A stretch of DNA of 64,000 nt. Source: Utricularia gibba (Eukaryota > Plantae > Magnoliophyta). A model generated the notes under the pieces. The model was not told where the DNA came from, did not search any database, and saw nothing but the letters and a program-made list of their open reading frames with translations. The stretch covers positions 8,432,001 through 8,496,000 of the forward strand of contig CM007989.1 in the NCBI GenBank assembly GCA_002189035.1, given 5' to 3'. Both the position numbers and the translations under genes were made by a program. Shown here in pieces: positions 1-11,128 of the stretch (position 1 is its first letter; each line of letters opens with the position of its first letter).

Positions 1-116
1 CTCATGAAATATTCTGTATTCATTTCTGTTGATACTTCCACTTTCTCTGCATTTTGACAGGCTTGCGTACCTATATATATGATGAGGATTGTGGGTTGTT
101 CATTAGGCATTACCTC

Positions 117-2528
117 ATGGCAAAGAAGAGTATGGGTGCCTATGGGGTGATTTCCTTGCTTCTCCTGTTCTCCTGCGTTGCCAATTCGGAGAGCAATGAC
201 TCCGCGCCATCCCCGGCGGCAACTTATATACAAGCTTTAAGCAAAGGGATTCTCTTCTTCGAAGGGCAACGTTCGGGAAGGTTGCCCAGCTCACAGAGAG
301 TTACCTGGAGGGGAAACTCAGCTCTCACCGACGGCATGTCAGCCGGGGTTCGATCTTTAGCTACTTTTTAAGCAAGCAACCGTTCCACGCAAAATACTTG
401 ATGCATTTCTGACGTCAGTCGCCATGCCTGGTGTTTTTGAAACTTGTCCATTAACATCTTGGATGATCAGGTAGATTTAACTGGAGGGTACTACGATGCT
501 GGCGACAACGTGAAGTTTGTGTGGCCGATGTCCTTCTCTGTCGCTCTGTTGAGTTGGGCCGCCATCGAATACGGAAATGACGTAAACAACGCTGGTGAGC
601 TCGGCAACCTCAGGACGGCCATCATGTGGGGAACCGATTTCTTGATCAAAGCTCACACTTCCGCCACCACACTCTACACTCAGGCAGGTTCCATGCAAGC
701 CCTTCTCCCACCAATCAGCATTAAATTATATGTTTTTTATTTATAAAATGGGAATATCTTTGCTTGTGTGAAAAATACAGGTCGGGGATGGGTATAGTGA
801 TCACAGTTGCTGGGAGCGGCCGGAGGATATGGACACACTTCGGACACCGTACAAGATTGATACCAACTCGCCAGGAAGTGAGGCCGCAGGTGATGCCGCC
901 GCTGCCCTGGCGGCTGCATCAATTGTCTTCTCCAGCATTAACCGCAGCTACTCCTCCATCCTCTTGCAGCACGCTATATCGGTGTGAACTTTATTGCGTT
1001 AACAATCATCAATGTCCCATCTAGTAATATAATAACTCCCTGTGTAACCCTTTCTCACATGCACATGTTTTTTTTATAGTTGTTCAACTTTGCGAATGGA
1101 TACAGAGGATCTTACCAGAAATCTTGTCCTTTCTATTGCTCCTACTCTGGTTACCAGGTGCATAATTAGCACACACCCCCCCCCCCCCCCCCCGCTTTAA
1201 TGACATTAGAATTTATCAACTGAATACAGCATTGAGGGCTTATGGGCTTTCTTTACAAAGTCACGTGTGTCTTGTCTAGGACGAGTTACTTTGGGCAGCG
1301 GCCTGGCTGTACAAGGCAACCGGAAGCAGTCAGTATCTAGCTTATGTGACCTCCAACGTTGGGTGGTGCCGCACTGTTTCGGAGTTCAGTTGGGATGACA
1401 AGACTGCCGGAGCTCAGGCTCTGTTGGCAAGGGTAGATATAATTGAGAACTAACTAAAAACTGCATTTGCAATAAATGTGATTGCCTCTTACAGGAGTTT
1501 CTCAGAGGGATTAGCAGTTTATCAAGGTACAAAAGCGGCGCAGATTCGTTTGTGTGTGCGCTGATTCCAGGAAGCAGCTCTCTTCAAATCAGGACAACTC
1601 CTGGTGAGAACCCACGTTCTGAAATTCGTCAGCATGACCACATTCTCACTCTTTATTATTGATATCGTTACAATGTCACAGTGGGGGAATGATAGCGTTT
1701 TGAATTTGCAGGCGGCCTCCTGTTTACCAGAGATAGCAGCAATCTGCAGTATGCAGCGAGTGCTTCAATGGTTCTTTTGGTGTACTCGAAGTACCTGGCT
1801 GCAGCCGGTGCCAGTGGTGTCCGATGTGGTTCGACTACCTTCACGATCGCAACGATCAGAGCATTCGCAAAATCGCAGGTAAATTTCCTTCCCAAAAGCA
1901 CCCATCCAACTCGGTACATATCAATAATGGAGTGGCCCTCTCCGTATAACTTTTTTTTTCTAGGTATGAGTTGGTCTATTTATAGCTTAGTCCATATTCC
2001 ACGAATCTGTATCTGTTTTCCTGGTAGTTTCGGCAGCCTACCCTTTTGTGCGAAGACTTATCAATGTGAACATGTGCTTTAGATTAGGGTTTGTTCTGCT
2101 TCCTAGACCTTAACACTTCATGATGGTGGCCTCATTTTTCCCATGTTTTAACATCATCAAATAATATAAAACCTCGTATTGATGGAACGATTTGGTTCCT
2201 GAAGGTGGATTACGTACTGGGAAACAATCCGATGAGGACATCGTACATGGCCGGCTTCGGCAGCAAATTTCCGACGCGGGTGCACCACAGGGGCGCGTCC
2301 ATTCCATCCATCCGCGTCATGCCGCAGAAAGTGGGCTGCAATGCCGGATATGCGACATGGTATGGGTCTCAAAACCCTAACCCCAATACCCATGTGGGCG
2401 CGGTCGTGGGAGGACCCAATTCGAATGACGGGTTCACCGACTCTAGGTCTGATTTCAGCCACTTGGAACCGACTACTTACATGAACGCGGCCTTTGTTGG
2501 GGCGGTGGCCGGATTGCTCGGCGGCTAG
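117..2528 (+). CDS. Glycosyl hydrolase family 9 endoglucanase (GH9B-type), 8 exons: 117-347, 471-683, 781-981, 1081-1158, 1280-1432, 1495-1603, 1712-1878, 2205-2528
   Basis: Spliced frame gives a signal peptide plus the GH9 motifs [58 protein letters not shown] and [12 protein letters not shown]. All exon phases are consistent; intron 2 is GC-AG. Confidence 0.95.
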
Positions 2529-2936
2529 AAACGTACCTATTTGCATGCTGATCCCGGATGCACCGGAGGAAGCTTTCAATGGAATAACTACGTTTTCTAA
2601 TGTATTCATCTTACTTCAATACACAGACACATCCTGTTGCCTTCCCAGTACTGTCCAAAACCTTCAACCCTGACCAAGGCTTTTCTCAGATGGTCATAAG
2701 AAAACACTAATGCACTGCTCCTGAGCAAACCCGAAGCGCAATGGTTGATGGATTCAATCAACTTATGTTATCACTTTGGAGGGTTAAAACAATCAAAATC
2801 ATCTTTTTCTAGCTATAATCATAACTATATGACAAAGACAACTTATTGGGGTTCTTGCGAAATCGTAAGTCATTTTTGGAATGGTCAAATGCTTTTTGTT
2901 TGTTGAATCAGACGAGTGATGTAAGAAACACGAATA

Positions 2937-3928
2937 TTAGAAAAAGCCTTCGAACTCTTCTAACCCGGAGAAGTCTTGGTTGAAAATGAGATCAGACATA
3001 GCGAGATCGTCAACCTCCTCTTGTTCTACCATTTTAGCCAATACTTGCTTTTCAGACGCTTGATTGTTGCTGTTGATATCGATACCTCTTCTTGTCGGGG
3101 GCCACACCGCTGCCGCCGATTCATGACGATGATGGCGAGTTTTCGTCGAATCGCCGACGACATTTTTCATCTTGATCGTGTTGAACTTTTGCCTCACGGT
3201 TCCGGCCAGGGAGTTCCGCCGGGTCGGCTGGCTGTGGCTGTGCTCCGCCGTGTACGTGATGATGAATTTTCCAGGATTGGTGCAGCTTTGCTCCACCTGC
3301 TTCCTGGCTAAACATCCCTTTGTGCTACTGCACCTGTAGTAGCTCCTGGATTTCGTCACATCGTATCAGCACCCGAGACACAAACCGAAATAATTCATAT
3401 GTCAGCACCTTGGAAATGGGGAGCCTTTGATAGGCTTTTGCCCGTACTTCCGCCAAGCCCACAGATCAGACGTGAGATCTTCAGCAGAAACCTGAATCAC
3501 CACTCTCTTCCCATGGCTCTTCCTATATTAGAATAAAGATTCAATAACGTATTATCGATTTTGAGGAAGAATTCGATCGCTTACCGACTCTTGTACCGGG
3601 GTGTGTGCCCCGGAGCCGCGAGCGTAGTTGAGGAACCGTCGCTGCCGGAGGAAGATTTGGTCTCATCATCCGGATTTTGTTCTTGAAAATCGATCACCGT
3701 GCTCGATGGTAGGGGATGAGGAGAAAGCTGGTAAAAGGGCTTGTAGAGATCCTCCAGGTCGTCGTCTTTGGAAAGCTCCGGGAACAGAGTGAATAAGTCA
3801 TGATCGTTGACCCCGCCGCTAGAGAAATCAAAAAACGGCTTATCCGAAAAGAGACCCCTGGTTTCTAGATCATAAATCCCGCTGGATTCATGAACTATGG
3901 CATGCAAGCTCCAATCTTCAGCGCCCAT
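2937..3928 (-). CDS. WRKY transcription factor, group IIe (WRKY22/27/29-like); exons 3928-3585, 3522-3409, 3345-2937
   Basis: N-terminal DWSLHAIV motif. Exon 2 encodes [20 protein letters not shown] and exon 3 encodes [18 protein letters not shown]...YTAEHSH (C2H2 finger). Confidence 0.95.
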
Positions 3929-4035
3929 AATGGTTTTCCTTCATGAAAGCATCCAGAGAACACGGGACTGCTGCAAACTAGATACATATAAATAGGCAGG
4001 ATAAGAAGAGTTGTCTTCCAGCTCCTTTCCAGGTT

Positions 4036-4300
4036 TTGACTTTTGGTCAGAGTCAAGGGACCGCCCACACCAGCACGCTTTCGTCGTCACTGTGGAGCCT
4101 TGTGGTTTATCAAAATCAGGAGTTTATTTTAATGAACTCGTGCTCAGCCCAGGCCAGAGCAGAGCAGAGCAGAGCAGACCAGACCAGACCAGACCAGACC
4201 AGAATTGGATGGAATGCAATGCCCTCGAGGAAAAGCAACACCAAAAGAGACCAGTATGTATATTTTAATGGCCAGTTGCGTTACGTGCCCAAGGAGTCAA
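4036..4300. promoter_or_regulatory. W-box cluster upstream of the WRKY gene
   Basis: TTGACT at 4036-4041, GGTCA (TGACC on minus) at 4045-4049, and AGTCAA at 4051-4056 and 4295-4300. Confidence 0.45.
4156..4200. repeat. Compound microsatellite (AGAGC)4(AGACC)5
   Basis: Read directly. Confidence 0.95.
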
Positions 4301-4943
4301 GGGTGAGTACTGTGAACCCCGGCAATGAAGCAACCGATTAACAGAAATAAAATAGTGATGGTGTGCCCCTTGGCCTTGGGGATTTAGAAACAGATGAGAT
4401 AAGAGAGTGACCCACCCTACAGAATATGTACGTCGGTTGGTGAGCACATATATGGGCTAAGCTCTCGACTAAGTCTCCCTTTTCTTGGTATGGGCCACAG
4501 CCCATAACTTGCTGAGTTCTTCTTCCCCATTTGCTCAGATCAGATCTTCACTTCCATGGTGTTATTAGGGCTGTGGATATTAATGAAGGTGTGATGCCTC
4601 ATTTCAAACTGAGTGGGCGACTGCGTAAATGATGCACCTTGGCGTAGCAGGTAGGTATGCACTTGGACATTTAGCTAGCTAGCACATGACCGCATATTTA
4701 TGTCGCAATTAAATGCAGCCCTAGGAAGATCAAGTGCCAGATCCACGTTGATGCATGAACAAGCAATTACGCAGGCAGCCATCTGGTTCAGATTCCAACA
4801 CTTGAGGGAGATGGGGTGCGCTGTTGCGTTCTCATGTGAAAAGAGGGAGGGAGAAGAAGAGTGAAGGTCAAGTGTTGCAAGTTGGCGCATCCCTGGACCC
4901 AACAGAGCTCCATCATGATCAGAAAAAGGAGATTCAGCTTCGA

Positions 4944-5006
4944 CACGTGAGTGACATTCTGGTCACATGTGGAAGACCCACCGACCGACCGACCCACCGA
5001 CGTGGC
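4944..5006. promoter_or_regulatory. G-box / DRE(CCGAC)x4 / ABRE module in the WRKY-RING divergent intergenic region
   Basis: CACGTG at 4944-4949; CCGAC at 4981, 4985, 4989 and 4997; ACGTGGC at 5000-5006. Confidence 0.45.
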
Positions 5007-5624
5007 TTGGCCATTTTGTTTAGGGATGGACATGGAGAAAACGTCAAAACAAGATGATGAGCCGCTGGAACGACACCATTCCTTCCGGAGCTCCCCACCC
5101 GACCCGACACTCCTGCTGTTCAATAATTTTGTTCATCAAAAGGGTGAGGTGTGGGCCACCGGAGCGATTTGAAGCGGAACGTCGGCAGGGCAGGCGGATC
5201 GGAGGTTGCGATCGATCCTTGTCTCCAGGCTCCAACGCTCCGACCGTGATGCCAACACCAGATCCCCATCTCCCTCGAGCAGGGTAGGGGAAGGGAGGGG
5301 ATTGGGATGGCAGCGAGGGCAGGGCGATGCTGATTGGGCGATTGCCGTTCGTGTACCGCACACGTGTGCACACGCGAGCAGATGCCCAAGCCTTCGGTGA
5401 GCGAGCAAGAAAAACAACATCCCTTTCTTTTACCTCCAGTCCATTATTGGATTGGATAACAACATTCATCACTATTTCCTATTATTAAGAAAAAAAAAAA
5501 AAAGCAATAGCTCTGATGCGCATCAAATTGCCCGGATCTCTATTTAACTTGCATACGACCATTTCCCCTCACAGGAGCTCCCCTGCTCGGCCTGAAGCTG
5601 GGTTTCCGTTCCAAGTCGGAGAAA

Positions 5625-6176
5625 ATGGGATTTCCGGTTGGTTACTCGGACTTCTTTATACCGAGATTGTTCTTCTACTTTCTCTCTGGGCTTGGGTGCA
5701 CCCGGAGACTCGTCTGCGCGATGCTCTCACTTGTGGGTCTTCATGATTTTCTGGTGGCGGAGCCAGTCTCCTATCAAGAGCCCCCCTTGCCGGAGCCGTC
5801 GTCGGTGGCCGCGGTTCTGATCCGGGAGCTGCTTCTCCCCGTTGTGAAATTCTCGGAGCTGGAAGTAGACCTGGTGTCCGACCCACCGGAGAGATGCGCG
5901 GTGTGCCTGTACGAGTTCGGGGATGAGGACGAGATCCGGCGGCTGACGAATTGCCGGCATATATTTCACCGGAGCTGTCTGGACCGTTGGATGGACCACG
6001 ATCAGAGAACGTGTCCGCTGTGCCGGACCCCCTTCATTCCTGTAGATAGACAAGACGCCTTCAACGAGCGCCTCTGGATGGCCGTGGGAATTCCCGATCT
6101 CAGTTCCGATTACCCCCGATCACCCCATCCGGATTCCTGTAGCTCCGCGAATTTCTTTTTCGACCGACTCGTGTAA
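5625..6176 (+). CDS. BRH1: RING-H2 E3 ligase, BRH1/RHA1-like, intronless
   Basis: MGFPVGYS...PRLF N-terminus; RING-H2 CAVCLYEF...CRHIFHRSCLDRWMDHDQRTCPLCR. Confidence 0.9.
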   Translation: MGFPVGYSDFFIPRLFFYFLSGLGCTRRLVCAMLSLVGLHDFLVAEPVSYQEPPLPEPSSVAAVLIRELLLPVVKFSELEVDLVSDPPERCAVCLYEFGDEDEIRRLTNCRHIFHRSCLDRWMDHDQRTCPLCRTPFIPVDRQDAFNERLWMAVGIPDLSSDYPRSPHPDSCSSANFFFDRLV

Positions 6177-6741
6177 CAAGGGCATTTAGGAGAACTCGGG
6201 TTCATATTCACTAACTAATCTGCAGGCAGCAGGCTCCATTCCATATCACAGGCACTACTGTCATCAACACAGAAAGAGCAATTCCAATCTGCAACTATCC
6301 ACCACAACACACCCCAAGTTCTACTTTTCAATACCCAGATGCGCAGCTCTTCGCTCGTGTGGTCTGGTCTCGCAACTACAAATAAAAAAAAAAAAAAGGG
6401 GGGGAAAGAACAGAAAAGACCTTTTTTTCTCCATTTTTATTGCAGCAGCATGTGGCGAGCGAGGGAGTTATCAGGAAGGTGAGACTGGTAGTGATAATGC
6501 GTGAACAAGTTTCAGAGTTTGTTAGATGAGGCGAGGACCAATTTTCGAGGGAGTAGTTGAGCATGGGACCGAAGCAATTATCTGCCTGCAGTAATATCGA
6601 CAAACAGACACTGCAAGGACACCAAGAAAACCAGACTTTTATGCGCTCAGGTGAGACGGAGGAATCATCATTAGGTTCCCTCCATCTTCTCACACGCTAA
6701 GTAGCTCGCCTCCATGGCACCCCAAACGCAAACTTCACCAG

Positions 6742-6835
6742 ACGGAGGATCCTGCTGTATGGTACTCATAGTGCGCCACAAATTGCGGTAATTCTGCCGC
6801 AACTGCATCTTTTCCGGCGACGCCTGAGTTGCCAT
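6742..6835 (-). pseudogene. PLAC8 (Cys-rich, proline-rich C-terminus) family first-exon remnant
   Basis: Encodes MATQASPEKMQLRQNYRNLWRTMSTIQQDPP, matching from memory the family N-terminus EKMQLRQNYRNLWHTDLMxTxxxDxP with DL deleted. No further exons are found before the RING gene. Confidence 0.75.
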
Positions 6836-7224
6836 TTCGGATACCGACTCCAATCCCCTGCCTGGCTTGACTGAATCAGATATCGGCGGGGAATGTATTT
6901 GGAAGAGGGAAGAAAGGAAGGGCGATTTTTGGAATCCAATACAGCCCTTGCACGTGGCAGAAATGGGTCAAGCTTCCTGTGTACTGGAGGTCAGTTGAAA
7001 CTTCAAAGGTGAGTAGTGTTTCAAGGTGGATAATCATGACTGGAATTTCACTCAGATTGCAACAAACTCCTGAACTTCCACAAAAGTAAAAGAGGAAACG
7101 ATGCAACCCATGCGCCATAGACGGTATTCCCTATTCATACAAAGAATTCTTACACTTGCATTATCTTTGTTTCTTTCACTCTCTCGTGTCTCTTTAGGTC
7201 TCTAAGATCTAAGACAATGAACAA

Positions 7225-8222
7225 CTATCTTGCAGAACCCAGGGTGTAAACCATTTCCTGCATTTCATTGCAATGACCAAAAAAAGGGGGGATTATGCTA
7301 AGCAGACTTTGGATTCCGAGAGATATTTGGCACCTGAATGTACCTGATCACAAACTGGGCATGTATTGCTTCGTTCCATCCATTCAAGAATGCAAGAAAG
7401 GTGGAAGTGGTGGTCACATTTTGTTGGAATCTTCGGGTTTTCGGCATTGTATTCTGCATTCAGAACCAAGGATAAAGGAATTCAGGATCGAACTGAGAAA
7501 CATGTGGAGAAAAATACAGGGGGGAACAGTGTGTTCCGTAGCACCTTCAAGACAAGTGGGACAGACATCTTCCTCGTCTTGGAAAAGCAACGAGACATCT
7601 GACTTTTTCAAGTTATCATCTTTTTGAAGATTGACTTCCTTGGTTGAGTCCAAAACATCATAAGTTCCAGCTGTTTCATTGGAATCCAGTTTCTTTATCT
7701 TGGCCATGATGGTGCTATTGGGATTCAACTCTTCAGCAGGCTGAGTATCGCTGCTCTGGGAGATTACTTTCGCCTTCCGTCCACAGATTAGATTTTCCGA
7801 GGCTGCATATTGTAGGACATCCATTTCATACGGTACAGGGGCAGGAGGAGGACGATAAGTGTCTGGGGTTGAAGTGTCGAGATTGGTATCCACCAAAAGC
7901 CCACCAGGAAGAGTAGGTATAGTTGCATTACGCGATGAGGGCTCAACTTCTTCTGATACTGCATACTGCATTCAAATTTGTAACTATATTAGAAAAGGAA
8001 ATTCCACATGTCTCCATCAATGGTTGGCTATCTTATTACCAGGAACAACACAGAGAAATACTTTGCAAGATAAAATATTCTGCTCGTTCAGAAAAAAATA
8101 ACAGGGACGAAACTACACATTTTCCTCCTGAGAAGAGACGAAGCTAGTGATCTCACATGAACTAATGTTGATGAGCTGGTAGCTTCAGAGCTCCTGGATG
8201 CACAGCAACAACAGCCACCCAT
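7225..8222 (-). CDS. RING-H2 E3 ligase with MGGCCCC N-terminus (AIRP1/RHB1A-like); exons 8222-8157, 7965-7545, 7453-7344, 7257-7225
   Basis: PDTYRPPPAPVPYE motif; EEDVCPTCLEEYNAENPKIPTKCDHHFHLSCILEWMERSNTCPVCDQ. The MG+Cys start suggests lipid anchoring. The 5' UTR probably extends over an intron to about 9.5 kb (donor-like site near 9455). Confidence 0.92.
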
Positions 8223-10515
8223 TTTTTGCACGCACCATCCAGTGGAAGGCACCACAGGCTCGGCTGTCCAATTCTCCTTCAGATAGAGATGTGAAAAACT
8301 CAATATGCAGTGACATATCCCGTTCACTTTCATCATCTGGTGTTCACAGCTATTCAATCATGAATATGTTTACAGACAATTTCAAAACTTAAAGAATGAT
8401 TGTTCACTAGTAAAGAAAATTATTACTTTAATAGAACAAGGTGTAGGATTTCTGTACTAGTGTAAGTTTCAGGGTACGTGTGAGAGCAGCGAACAGATTT
8501 TTGTAGACACACTAAAGATACAGAAAATAAAGGTAAAATAGCCAGTTACTGATGCATACGTTACCCAACTTCTCCGCCTCATACTTGGAAGTACAATCCG
8601 TTAACTGGACAGAGAAAATGCTCTACTAGGTACATAGAAAACCAGCCATAAGGAAGCAAAGTAATTGAACAGCGTGCCAGGTTTGACTGGATATTTGGAC
8701 ACTTTTAGAACTCAAGATTTAATCATCCCAACTGCTGTGAATTGTTCATGAACACAAACCAAAAAAAAAAAAAAAAAAAAAAAACATAAAAACAGGATAT
8801 GTGAATTTTCACTAATTGCCTTTTCTCCAACTCTCCAAGTAATGATATCAGCCCAAAGAGTCAATACCCTCGCACTCAGTATCCAAGGGAAAAAGTAATG
8901 ATAAGCGCCTGGTGTATGCACGAGGAAAAGCTAAAACAATGGATAGGCATCAAGATACATAAAAACACCGAAAGTCTGACATAAATACTTCAGCGGTAGA
9001 AACTGGGGGTGAATTTAAGAGAATATGCGGCGAAATCCTGAAAAAAGAATCATATACATAAAGATATAACAGATTCTTCTTTTTTGTCTTAACTCACTGG
9101 CATGAGAGTGATTCAATACGAAACTATTGAACATCCGCCACGACTCTTCATCAGTCTGTTGGAATTAATAAAGTAGCACTTCTTCCCCTCCACAATCATC
9201 CAATCAATACACTCCCACAAAAAAAGAAAAAGCATGCACCCAATTACCATAACACCAGGAATCTGGACATGAATTCCCAGGTAAATCACCACAAGAAGTC
9301 AATGAACTTAAAAAAATCAGTGCCAGTTTAGCATCCGCGGGTGCTTGCAACACCACATCATGTCCATGAACACACACGCGCGCGTGCCCGAAAAGGTAAC
9401 AATCCAGGTACACAAACACACACACAGACACACAAGCAGGCATATGCATGTTTTACCTCAGAGTTTGGAGTGAACCCAAACAGTCGCCTTGTGCGGTAGC
9501 GTGAGGGAGGAAGACGACCAGACCAGAGAGACAGCTGCAGGGAGCTCAAGGAAATTCTTCACATGATTAGGAAAGCGGATTCGATGGTATTGGTCATTGG
9601 AGTGGAGCTCATCATTCAAAAAGCCACAAAACGAAGAATTTTGGAGATTATTTTTATACGGAATAATGCCAAAAAAGAAGAGGAGGGAATCAATAAATAA
9701 ACAGCTATGGGCTGGGCTGATCCATCAAGCCCGTATTTAGTATAAATATACACAGAAAATACCCAATTTATTTATCTTTTTAAAAAATCAATCGATCAAT
9801 GGGCTTCTGGGCCGCACTATGCATACAACCGTGCCCTGCCCTGCCCTCTAGAAGCCCATTTACAGCCTCGTTCCCGAAGCACGATCCTTCTGGAACCAAC
9901 TCCAAATAAGCCAAGGAAGAAGACGACATCGTTGCAGTGGTTGTGTTGTGAAAGGTAGATACAAAAGAACAGAATGGGGGGCTTAAACCAGCCGCGTTGG
10001 GGGAAGGGCAGCACACGCGAGTATGTTTCCAAAGACTGAGTCTGATGCTCTGGATTCAGTAGGGAGTATCATAGACGGCTACGCAGAGACAGGAATTCTG
10101 ATCCTGTGGGTAGAAGAAATGAATGTAGGATGTAGAAGAAAGCGGTGGCCTTTTTTATGGGCGGAGACGATCACATGGAGGAGGCATTTCAACGTGGGGT
10201 TGGATTTATTCATTATGGCACTGAACTGATATCAGTGGTCATCCTGGATGCGCTATCCTAAACACAAAAACTAGAAAAAAAAAACTCCATTTTGGTAGAA
10301 AATGTGTCGGAGATTTTAAGGAAACGATGATTCGGGCGCCCCGCTCCATTGGAGTACTCGCTTCTTTTGTTTTCTGATCAGTTGCTCTGGTTATTCAGCA
10401 GTGGGACTCCACTCCCGCGCAGTCCACTAGCAGAGTACACTCTGTTCCCAGGTTTTGTCGTCTCCAATGACAAATGAAGGCAAAAAAGGTGTTGTTCGTT
10501 CTAGCCTGGAGTCTA

Positions 10516-11128
10516 TGTAGGATTAAATACTTAAAATAACACCAAAAATAGATAAACAGCAATAACATGACTGATCTTGATTAATTGTTTTCGCTTGTTT
10601 TGCTAAAGCATTAAAGAACACAAGTCAATTTTAACGTGGAAACCCTTACGGGAAAAACCATGGGTGAATCCTCACCAGGTCTAGGAAAATTCATTAAAGC
10701 AACGTTTGAGTACAAGAGCAATACAGCTCTGTCAATCAGCTTGAATAATCAAGCAAAATTGATACAACCAGATTCCTGAAGTAACGAAAAACCTTAAAGA
10801 GAATTGATTGTCGTACTCTCTTCGATTCAATCAAGATCGAAACGTCATCGAGATAATCTGAGTAAGAAGAAAATTGCTCCTGACTTTCTTTTCTTCATAA
10901 CTTTATGCTCTGTGCACCTATGCACCTACCGCAAGAGGCAGAGCCAACTGTCTTTTTATTCCTCTTTTTTTCAGTTATTTTCATAACCGTCGAAGCCCAA
11001 TCTATTGTTCGTTCTGATATTGGACAGAGTCATTTCAACTGGATTATTGGGATGTATTATTAGTGTTTCCAGCCCAACTGGATTATTGGGATGTCTTATT
11101 AGTGTTTCCAACCCAGTCTGGCATAACA
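10516..11128. mobile_element. Putative degenerate Copia-type LTR relic (solo-LTR-like); boundaries approximate
   Basis: TTTTAACGTGGAAACCCTTACGGGAAAAACCATGGG (about 10629-10665) resembles, from memory, a motif seen in plant Copia LTRs. AT-rich with a 39-bp tandem repeat and TG...CA candidate ends. No TSD found. Confidence 0.35.
11036..11113. repeat. 39-bp tandem duplication (2 copies, 2 mismatches)
   Basis: caactggattattgggatgtattattagtgtttccagcc / caactggattattgggatgtcttattagtgtttccaacc. Confidence 0.95.

Noticed and set aside
9780-10260. Short ORFs on both strands and AGCCAAGGA resembling the miR169 start
   Set aside because: No family motif; only about 9 nt match and I found no complementary arm.
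10325-10378. GATGAT...CTGA spacing suggesting a C/D snoRNA
   Set aside because: Too short, imperfect C box, and no terminal stem or recognisable rRNA antisense element.
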